DNA from: an uncultured Gammaproteobacteria bacterium
GTDB lineage: Bacteria; Pseudomonadota; Gammaproteobacteria; UBA9214
DNA: 64,000 bases
Reading direction: 5' to 3'
Assembly: GCA_963710815.1 (NCBI GenBank)
Contig: CAVQCA010000140.1
Span: 4,801-68,800 of the forward strand
This document shows, one piece after another, positions 57,012-64,000 of this stretch (position 1 is the first letter of the stretch; every line of letters begins with the position of its first letter). The notes below the pieces were generated by a model, which was not told the origin of the DNA, ran no database searches, and was given only the letters and a program-made list of their open reading frames with translations. Both the position numbers and the translations under genes were made by a program.

Positions 57012-57355
57012 TGCGCCGGGATCATGCGCATTCCCGTCCCTCAGGTCAAACGCAAACATCGGCCTGTCCCCGTGACTCTGCAGAGCTGGACGCCTGAGGT
57101 AATCAGGGCGTTTATCCTGTCAGCCGCGAGGAAACCCTTTGTCTGGAACGGTCGGGGAAAAACCCCTGGAGGTCGGGCTAGTAAAGCGGGCAGGAGGAGC
57201 CAGGCGGGACATGCCGATGACCATCCCTTGAGGCGTGCCGTTCGCATCCTTGCAAATGACGCTCCCGCCCGACCCCTCCTGCCCTGTTCGCCACGCCGGG
57301 AGGGCTACCCGGAAGCCCGAAGATCACATTCCCTGACTCCGCGGCAAGCCTGGAG

Positions 57356-58021
57356 TCACGCCCTGGAGATACACCGCCTGCGCGTCATGGTACACATGCC
57401 GACGATACCGGACAGAAACAGAGCCAGGGCCGGTGGCAGGGGCACGGCGTTCACCGGCACGTTGCCGGGTGTGGGCGTGTCGAGCACAGCGAAATCGCTG
57501 AGATTGTCGTTGCTGTCCACCAGGGGATCGAGGCGGGCGAGACTGCTGCCTGCCGGTGCATCCGGGGCCGGGGCGCCCTCACCGGCGAACACACCGCCGG
57601 TGAAATCGCCGTAACCGAGGGCATCGAGCGCGCCGTTAACGTCACGCAATACGATGGAATCCGGTCCGTTCTGGAAATCCATCTGCACCACCAGGTCGGC
57701 ATCGCCGATCAACGAGGTCCCGTCGCCGCTGTCATCGGCGACCACGAAAACCCCGTCGCCGGGAATCGCGCCGGACAACGGCAGCGTCAGGTACACACTG
57801 CCATCGGAGCCATTGACGCCCTCGAGCGACAGGCCGGCGAGTGATGTTCCCGGTGTTCCGTACAACTCGACAAAGACACTGCCGTTGTCGGTGCCGGCGG
57901 CATCATACAGCGCCTCGGAGATGACGGTGGCGGCATGAACGCTCGAGGCCATGACGGCCCCGGCGAGACCCAGCACGCAGACTGGCATACGAATAAGCGT
58001 CCTTTCCCTGGACATAAGCAC
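57356..58021 (-). CDS. Lamin-tail-domain (LTD) protein with PEP-CTERM-like C-terminal sorting signal
   Basis: Signal peptide; LTD-like core (ATVISEALYDAAGTDNGSVFVELYG); C-terminus VPLPPALALFLSGIVGMC-TMTRRR matches a VPxP + TM + basic-cluster PEP-CTERM layout. Confidence 0.5.
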   Translation of the reverse strand: MLMSRERTLIRMPVCVLGLAGAVMASSVHAATVISEALYDAAGTDNGSVFVELYGTPGTSLAGLSLEGVNGSDGSVYLTLPLSGAIPGDGVFVVADDSGDGTSLIGDADLVVQMDFQNGPDSIVLRDVNGALDALGYGDFTGGVFAGEGAPAPDAPAGSSLARLDPLVDSNDNLSDFAVLDTPTPGNVPVNAVPLPPALALFLSGIVGMCTMTRRRCISRA

Positions 58022-58200
58022 CTCCCTGTGAACTCTGGTTCGATTGACTTGAGCGGATATCCTCGTCCCTGTCCGTCACGGATATCCTGAGGCACAGGAT
58101 AGGCATGCAGGCCCGTGCCGGCTGTCAGTCAGCGCCGACCGGGTTTGTACGATACGGGGTGCAGGTATTGTGAGAGGGTTCGATTCCGGTTAACCGGTTT

Positions 58201-59529
58201 TCATTGATCCCCGCCCACGATGACGGTCGCCATCACGTCGGGATGGACATGGCGCCGGAACGCATCACGAATCTGCCCGCGCGTCACGGCCATGACCTTG
58301 TCGTTGAAGGTTTCCAGGTAATCCAGCGGCAGTCCGTAGAAACCGATGACCGCGAGGTACTGGATAATCTTGCTGTTGCTGTCGATGCGCAGGGCAAAAC
58401 TGCCGGTGATATTCTTCCTGGCCGCGACCAGTTCCTCTTCCGTGGGACCCTGATCATGAAAACGCTGCAGTGTCTCGCGCAATACCCGCAGCGCCTCGTC
58501 GGTCTGGTCATTGCGCGTCTGCAGGCTGAGGGTGAACGGACCGGCCCGGGCCATGGGTGAGAACGCACTGTAGACGCTGTAGGAGAGGCCCCGTTTCTCG
58601 CGGACCTGTTCATTGAGCCGTGACACCAGACCGCCGCCGCCCAGGACATGATTGCCCACATAGAGGGGAAAGAAATCCGGGTCGGTGCGACTGATGCCTA
58701 TCGCTCCCATGAGTACATGGGTTTGCGTGGAGGGATGGAAGATGCGCTCCTCGCTCGCTTTCACCAGCGGCGGCACCGGCGGCAGCGGCGCGACGGGCCG
58801 GCCGGCCGGCAGGCTGGCGGACAACCGCCGGGCAAGCCGCTCGGCGCCCGCGCGGTCGATATCCCCCACGATGGCAATCGTCGCATTATTCGCCACGTAA
58901 TATCTTGCATAGAAGGCCCTGATATCCGCGCGCGTAATGCGCTTCAGGCTGACCTCGGTGCCAAGGGGGCGAATGGCGTACGGATGCTGCCCGTAGAGCG
59001 CCTGATAATAATGATATTCCGCAATATCGCCCGGCTTCTGATCGCTGCGGCGCAGCGCCACCAGGGTGCGTTCACGTTCCCGGTCGATATCGCGTGGATT
59101 GAAATCCGGCCGGCTCAGCACCTTGACCATCAGTTCGACGGCGGGCTCGAAATGCGCCGGGTCGTTCAGGCTGCGTAGCGACACCCAGGCCATGTCACGC
59201 AGGGAGCCGGTGCCGAGCACTGCACCCAGTCCATCAAGCCCCTCGGCAATGGCGTCGGCGGACATGCCGGCGGCTCCCTTGTCCAGCAGGCCGCTGGTAA
59301 GCCCTGCCAGACCCGGCAAGTAGTCATCACGGGCGCTGCCGGCGTTGAACACCACCCGTACATCCACTATTGGCAGTTCCGGTGCCGGTACGAAATACAC
59401 CTGCGCGCCATTCAGCGTCGTCCAGTGCTGGATCGCCGGGATGGCCTGCGCGACACCGGCCGCGAACTGGGAGGCGAGCAGCAGGAGGGCGCCCATCCAG
59501 CCAATCCCCTTCGACTGATCAGCGGACAT
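58201..59529 (-). CDS. M16 family peptidase, non-catalytic partner subunit (no HxxEH)
   Basis: ~440 aa with signal peptide, insulinase-like fold, lacking the inverted zinc motif. Start uncertain (59529/59574), slightly overlapping the upstream M16 gene. Confidence 0.6.
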   Translation of the reverse strand: MSADQSKGIGWMGALLLLASQFAAGVAQAIPAIQHWTTLNGAQVYFVPAPELPIVDVRVVFNAGSARDDYLPGLAGLTSGLLDKGAAGMSADAIAEGLDGLGAVLGTGSLRDMAWVSLRSLNDPAHFEPAVELMVKVLSRPDFNPRDIDRERERTLVALRRSDQKPGDIAEYHYYQALYGQHPYAIRPLGTEVSLKRITRADIRAFYARYYVANNATIAIVGDIDRAGAERLARRLSASLPAGRPVAPLPPVPPLVKASEERIFHPSTQTHVLMGAIGISRTDPDFFPLYVGNHVLGGGGLVSRLNEQVREKRGLSYSVYSAFSPMARAGPFTLSLQTRNDQTDEALRVLRETLQRFHDQGPTEEELVAARKNITGSFALRIDSNSKIIQYLAVIGFYGLPLDYLETFNDKVMAVTRGQIRDAFRRHVHPDVMATVIVGGDQ

Positions 59530-60889
59530 GGGCCTGGTCTCCCGGCAGCGAAGATTGCGGTTTGCGCCCGGCATCCATGGGAAGCGGTTTCAGCACGGCG
59601 ACGGTCTGTCGTTGCGCTACCAGATATTTACGCGCCACCGCCTGGACCTGTGCGGCGGTAACGGCATTGATCCGCACGACGTATTCATCCATTAACGACC
59701 AGTCGAGCCCGACCGCTTCCAGCTGACCGATCTGCATGGCCTGATTCATGATTGAATCCTTCTGGAACACGTCACTCGCCACCACCTGCGCCTTGACCCG
59801 CGCCAGTTCCTCCCCGGTCACGGGCGTCTCCTGCAGCTGTTTCACCTGCTCCTGCAGCGCCGCCTCCAGCGTCGGAATGCCAGTCGAGTTCGCCGGCGTG
59901 CCGTCCAGCAGGAACAGGCTCGACTGGCGGCTGTACAGGCTGTAACCTGCGCCGGCGCTCGCGGCCACCTGTGCGCCGCGCACCAGATTGCGGGTCAGCC
60001 GCGCGCTGTCCCCGCCGTCCAGTATCCCGGATAACACCTCGAGGGCATAAGGCTCCCACTCGTCGCTGGCGGTTTTCAGCACCGGCACCTTGTAACCGAT
60101 CACCAGGTAAGGCACCTCGGCCGGCACTTCGACTGTGATGCGGCGTGGTCCGTCCTGTTCGGGTTCCAGACGGGGCTTGGGCGGGATGATGGTTTCGGGC
60201 TTGAGCGGTTCGAAATATTTTTTTGCCAGTTTCAGCACCTTATCTGGCGCCACGTCGCCGACGACCACGACCACCGCATTGTTCGGCGCGTACCAGCGCC
60301 TGTACCAGCCCTGCAGGTCATCCAGACGCATGTTCTCCAGGTCGTTCATCCAGCCGATGGTCGGAATTCGGTAGGAACTGGTGGTGAAGGCGGTGGCGGC
60401 GAACTGTTCGTAGGTCAGCGAGGTAGGCTGGTCCTCGGTACGCAGCCGTCGCTCTTCCATCACCACCTTGCGTTCCTTGTCGTATTCCTTTTGCTGCAAC
60501 AGCAGGTTACGCATACGGTCCGATTCCAGCTCGAAGCTCACCGGCAGCCGACTCTTTTCCAGGCGCTGGTAATAGGCGGTGTAGTCCTGGCTGGTAAAGG
60601 CGTTTTCATCCCCGCCGTTCTCGGCGATGATGCGGGAAAACTCTCCCGGACCATGGTCTTTGGTGCCCTTGAACATCATGTGTTCCAGCAGGTGCGAGAG
60701 ACCGGTGATGCCGCCATGCTCGTAGCTGGAGCCGACCTTGTACCACACCTGGGATACCACCACCGGGGCACGGTGATCTTCCTTCACAACCAGCTTGAGC
60801 CCGTTGTCAAGCCGATATTCATGGACCACCCCTGCCGCAAAGGCGGCATGACAGCAGGCCAGCAGCATGGCCGGCAAAACAAGACGCAT
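59519..60889 (-). CDS. M16 family zinc peptidase (HxxEH present)
   Basis: 456 aa; signal peptide; HLLEHMMFKGT zinc-binding motif. Confidence 0.75.
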   Translation of the reverse strand: MRLVLPAMLLACCHAAFAAGVVHEYRLDNGLKLVVKEDHRAPVVVSQVWYKVGSSYEHGGITGLSHLLEHMMFKGTKDHGPGEFSRIIAENGGDENAFTSQDYTAYYQRLEKSRLPVSFELESDRMRNLLLQQKEYDKERKVVMEERRLRTEDQPTSLTYEQFAATAFTTSSYRIPTIGWMNDLENMRLDDLQGWYRRWYAPNNAVVVVVGDVAPDKVLKLAKKYFEPLKPETIIPPKPRLEPEQDGPRRITVEVPAEVPYLVIGYKVPVLKTASDEWEPYALEVLSGILDGGDSARLTRNLVRGAQVAASAGAGYSLYSRQSSLFLLDGTPANSTGIPTLEAALQEQVKQLQETPVTGEELARVKAQVVASDVFQKDSIMNQAMQIGQLEAVGLDWSLMDEYVVRINAVTAAQVQAVARKYLVAQRQTVAVLKPLPMDAGRKPQSSLPGDQAHVR

Positions 60890-60994
60890 TGATTCTCTCC
60901 GTGTGTTCGCCTGTTAACCCGCACGGGCCGGGAGTGGTAGGATACACGCCTCTCGGGGTCCTGTCCCCGCCATGCAATTACTGACAGCGCACAC

Positions 60995-61972
60995 ATGCTC
61001 GGTTTCCGGAAGAACACGACTGCCGCCGACCCGGACACGCCAAAGAAGACCGGCCTGTTCGCCCGCCTGAAGTCCGGCCTGGCCCGCACCCGCCACAGTC
61101 TGACCGAGGGCGTGGCCTCGCTGGTGTTGGGCAGCAAGGCCATCGATGCCGAACTGCTGGAGGAGATCGAGACCACCCTGCTGGTTGCCGACGTCGGTGT
61201 CGAGGCCACCCGTGAAATCATCGATGACCTCACGGCGCGCGCCTCGCGCAAGGAACTGGACAACGCCGGAGCGCTGATGGACGCCTTGCGCGAGGACATG
61301 CGGGCCATCCTCGAGCCCGTCAGCGTGCCGCTGTCGATACCACCGGATACGCGTCCCTTCGTGATTCTCATGGTCGGTATCAACGGCGCCGGCAAGACCA
61401 CCACCATCGGCAAACTGGCCCATCGCCTGCGCCAGGACGGCCTCAAGGTCATGCTGGCCGCCGGGGACACCTTCCGCGCGGCCGCCGTGGAGCAGTTGCA
61501 GACCTGGGGAGAACGCAACGACGTGCCGGTCATCGCGCAGCGACCGGGCGCCGATGCGGCCTCCGTAATCTACGATGCCCTGGAGGCCGCGAGGGCGCGC
61601 GGCATCGATGTGCTGATCGCCGATACCGCAGGGCGCCTGCACACTCAGTCGAATCTGATGGAAGAGCTCAGGAAGATCCGGCGCGTGCTGGGCAAGCTCG
61701 ATGCGGACGCCCCCCACGAGGTGATGCTGGTGGTGGACGCCGGCACCGGACAGAACGCACTCAACCAGGCCCGGCAATTTCACGAGGTGGTCGGACTCTC
61801 CGGCATCGCGATGACCAAGCTCGACGGCACCGCCAAGGGCGGCATCATCTTTGCGATCGCGAAGCAACTGGGCTTCCCGATCCGCTTCATCGGCGTCGGT
61901 GAAGGCATCGAGAACCTGCGCGAATTCAACGCCGCGGAATTTGTCGATGCACTGTTCGAAACGGATGAATAA
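60995..61972 (+). CDS. ftsY: Signal recognition particle receptor FtsY
   Basis: SRP GTPase NG domain (GVNGAGKTTTIGKLA...DTAGR...TKLDG). Confidence 0.9.
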   Translation: MLGFRKNTTAADPDTPKKTGLFARLKSGLARTRHSLTEGVASLVLGSKAIDAELLEEIETTLLVADVGVEATREIIDDLTARASRKELDNAGALMDALREDMRAILEPVSVPLSIPPDTRPFVILMVGINGAGKTTTIGKLAHRLRQDGLKVMLAAGDTFRAAAVEQLQTWGERNDVPVIAQRPGADAASVIYDALEAARARGIDVLIADTAGRLHTQSNLMEELRKIRRVLGKLDADAPHEVMLVVDAGTGQNALNQARQFHEVVGLSGIAMTKLDGTAKGGIIFAIAKQLGFPIRFIGVGEGIENLREFNAAEFVDALFETDE

Positions 61973-61978
61973 AAAAGG

Positions 61979-62057
61979 ATTCACCGCAGAGACGCAAAGA
62001 ACGCAAAGTTGTTAAATTGTTTTTACAAATAAGTTTCTTTGCGAACTTTGCGGTGAA
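61979..62057. repeat. Second inverted pair of the GCAAAG-rich repeat, forming a ~25-bp-arm hairpin between ftsY and ftsE
   Basis: gattcaccgcagagacgcaaagaacgcaaag (61979-62009) and ctttgcgaactttgcggtgaat (62036-62057). Confidence 0.5.
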
Positions 62058-62108
62058 TATTGTGTTGATGCATGACTCAATTACCTGCCCTTCGGGACTG
62101 ACCACGCA

Positions 62109-62774
62109 ATGATCCAGTTCGACAACGTCAGCAAGCGCTACCCGGGCGGCTTCGAGGCACTGAGCAACGTCAGTTTCCACCTCGAGGCAGGCACCATGAC
62201 CTTTCTCACCGGGCATTCGGGCGCCGGCAAGAGCACCCTGCTGAAACTGATCGCCGTGATCGAAAAGGCCACCAGCGGCCAGGTCCTCGTCGACGGGCAG
62301 AATGTCGCGCGCCTCGGCCGGTACGGCATCCCCTTCCTGCGCCGCAAGATCGGCTTCATCTTTCAGGATCATCACCTGCTGTTCGACCGTACCGTGTTCG
62401 ACAACGTCGCCCTGCCGCTGATCATCGCCGGCTACCGGCACCAGGAAATCGGCCGCCGGGTGCGCGCCGCGCTGGACAAGGTCGGCCTGCTCGGCAAGGA
62501 GCGTCTCTATCCCATCACCCTCTCCGGGGGCGAGCAGCAGCGGGTCGGCATCGCCCGTGCCGTGGTCAACAAGCCGCTGCTGCTGCTGGCCGACGAGCCA
62601 ACCGGCAACCTCGATCCCGAACTCTCGCGCGAGGTCATGGACCTGTTTGCCCTGTTCAACCGGGTGGGTGTCAGTGTCCTTATCGCCAGTCATGACCTCG
62701 CCCTGATCAACCAGTTCAACACCCCGGTCATCACACTGGACCACGGGCGCGTGGCGGTCCGCGTGGCGGCATGA
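62109..62774 (+). CDS. ftsE: Cell-division ABC transporter ATP-binding protein FtsE
   Basis: 221 aa, Walker [10 protein letters not shown], signature LSGGEQQRV. Confidence 0.9.
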   Translation: MIQFDNVSKRYPGGFEALSNVSFHLEAGTMTFLTGHSGAGKSTLLKLIAVIEKATSGQVLVDGQNVARLGRYGIPFLRRKIGFIFQDHHLLFDRTVFDNVALPLIIAGYRHQEIGRRVRAALDKVGLLGKERLYPITLSGGEQQRVGIARAVVNKPLLLLADEPTGNLDPELSREVMDLFALFNRVGVSVLIASHDLALINQFNTPVITLDHGRVAVRVAA

Positions 62775-63757
62775 GACGAACGGGTGCAAACCGGCGCCGG
62801 GCGGCGCACGCAACGGGAGAAACCCTGAAGCGGATGCTGGCACCGGGCACGCTGACGACGCGCCATGCGCAAGTGGCCCTCGACAGCCTCGGCCGCCTGT
62901 ACCGTAACCGCCTGGCCACGCTGATGACCGTCATGGTGATCGGCATCGCGCTCGCCCTGCCCGCAGGTCTGTATCTGCTGCTTGCCAACCTCGACCGGCT
63001 CAGCGGCTCCTGGGAAGGACAGGTCAGCCTGTCGGTGTTTCTGAAGGACACGTTCAAGGGAGATGCCGCCCGCAAGGTGGCGAACCAGGTGCGCACCTGG
63101 CCGGAGGTCGCCGCGGTCAGGCTGATCACGCCGGAGCAGGCACTGGAGGAGTTCAGCCGGCGCTCCGGCTTTGCCGACGTACTCGCGGCCCTGGACGAGA
63201 ACCCCCTGCCAGCGGTACTGGTGGTGACGCCGGGCGCGAATCACACGGACCCGGCGTCGGCCGCCGCGCTGAAGAAAAAATTGCGCATGCTGCCGGAAAC
63301 CGACATGGTCGAGCTTGATCTGCAGTGGGTCAGGCGACTGGCGGCCATCCTGGACACCGCCCGGCGCGCCGTGCTGCTGGTAAGCGCCTTGCTGGCGCTC
63401 GCCGTGCTGCTGATGGTGGGCAACACCATCCGGCTGGAGATCCAGAACCGGCGTGAGGAAATCCTGGTGACCAAACTGATCGGGGCCACCAACGGGTTCG
63501 TTCGGCGGCCGTTTCTCTACAGCGGCGTCTGGTACGGCGTACTGGGCGCAGCGGTTGCCTGGGTGGTGGTGGAACTGGGTTTTTACCTGCTGGAGACTCC
63601 GGTACACCACCTGGTCGGTCTGTACGAGGGGAACTTTGAACTGTACACCCGGCCCTGGCAGCTCCTGCTGGCATTGCTGGGCGGGGGCGTCACCCTGGGC
63701 CTGGTCGGCTCCTGGCTGGCCGTCGGCCGGCATCTCGGCGCGGTCGAACCACGTTAG
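62771..63757 (+). CDS. ftsX: Cell-division ABC transporter permease FtsX
   Basis: 328 aa, 4 TM with large periplasmic loop; ATGA overlap with ftsE. Confidence 0.85.
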   Translation: MRRTGANRRRAAHATGETLKRMLAPGTLTTRHAQVALDSLGRLYRNRLATLMTVMVIGIALALPAGLYLLLANLDRLSGSWEGQVSLSVFLKDTFKGDAARKVANQVRTWPEVAAVRLITPEQALEEFSRRSGFADVLAALDENPLPAVLVVTPGANHTDPASAAALKKKLRMLPETDMVELDLQWVRRLAAILDTARRAVLLVSALLALAVLLMVGNTIRLEIQNRREEILVTKLIGATNGFVRRPFLYSGVWYGVLGAAVAWVVVELGFYLLETPVHHLVGLYEGNFELYTRPWQLLLALLGGGVTLGLVGSWLAVGRHLGAVEPR

Positions 63758-63793
63758 CCCGCACCCGGGTATTTGCCGGATCGCCGATTTTCC

Positions 63794-63822
63794 GGAACCT
63801 TTTCGACATATTGGCACTCTGA
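63794..63822 (+). promoter_or_regulatory. Candidate sigma-E (RpoE)-type promoter upstream of rpoH
   Basis: GGAACCT - 17 nt - TCTGA, resembling the sigma-E consensus GGAACTT-N16-TCTGA/TCAAA, ~50 nt upstream of the rpoH ATG. This matches the position of the sigma-E-dependent rpoH P3 promoter in E. coli. Confidence 0.35.
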
Positions 63823-63869
63823 AAGTGGGAGTGCTAGGATAACCACAGACGAAAACGAGTGTCAGGCTT

Positions 63870-64000
63870 ATGAGAAAAATTTTAGCCAATATAAATCAAT
63901 CAGTTGAAATCGCATTGCCGATGCCGGCAGGCAACCTCGAGCAATACATTCAGGCGGCCTTCAGTGTCCCCGTGCTGAGCATCGAGGAGGAGCGACGGCT
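63870..64000 (+). CDS. rpoH: RNA polymerase sigma-32 factor, N-terminal fragment (continues beyond window)
   Basis: MRKILANINQSVEIALPMPAGNLEQYIQAAFSVPVLSIEEERRL: typical RpoH N-terminus. ftsYEX-rpoH order is conserved. Confidence 0.85.
   Translation, partial: MRKILANINQSVEIALPMPAGNLEQYIQAAFSVPVLSIEEERR

Noticed and set aside
58176-58187. GGGTTCGATTCC, a tRNA T-loop-like motif just downstream of the M16 gene
   Set aside because: Flanking sequence cannot form T-stem, anticodon or acceptor arms; no cloverleaf. Judged coincidental.
60784-63889. Long minus-strand ORFs (60784..61533, 60914..61984, 61926..62843, 62690..63889) antisense to ftsY/ftsE/ftsX
   Set aside because: ftsYEX are unambiguous on the plus strand; the antisense ORFs lack any domain signature.

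Overview
The window is a high-GC (~65%) gammaproteobacterial chromosomal segment. Its core housekeeping backbone shares gene order with Pseudomonas: (chpA)-pilJ-pilI-pilH-pilG | gshB-tonB-like-yqgE-ruvX-pyrR-pyrB-pyrC' | pilU-pilT | proC-yggT-yggU-DUF4426 | ampG/xthA/pyrE | argB-algC-dut-coaBC | radC ... rpmB-rpmG ... mutM ... coaD-fdx | M16 peptidase pair | ftsY-ftsE-ftsX-rpoH. Accessory material is inserted into this backbone. The clearest insertion sits between radC and rpmB-rpmG, which are adjacent in E. coli and Pseudomonas. Here they are separated by ~9.5 kb. This island contains a complete Recombinase-In-Trio (RIT) element, 29575-33023: three translationally coupled tyrosine recombinases bounded by a perfect 27-bp terminal inverted repeat, one copy of which is the 3' end of radC. 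Next to it lies a sucrose-metabolism cluster: sucrose-phosphate synthase/phosphatase, fructokinase, and a sucrose synthase gene broken by at least seven frameshifts, so probably a pseudogene. Further accessory blocks follow: a desaturase plus a lone hydantoinase-A homologue; a GldA/GldF/GldG-like ABC system with a DUF4340 partner; and a three-gene membrane-protein operon of unknown function. Other notable points: algC runs into argB in the same frame with no stop codon; there is a frameshifted two-TM membrane gene between dut and algC whose stop overlaps the algC GTG start; and three further genes are split across reading frames in the ORF track (TSUP-like, ATP-grasp, rsmD). Two small palindromic repeat families are also present (28.6/48.5 kb and 55.7/62.0 kb), along with a sigma-E-type promoter candidate for rpoH. 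No tRNA, rRNA or CRISPR was found. Many long ORFs in the supplied track are antisense or out-of-frame artefacts typical of high-GC DNA and were not annotated.
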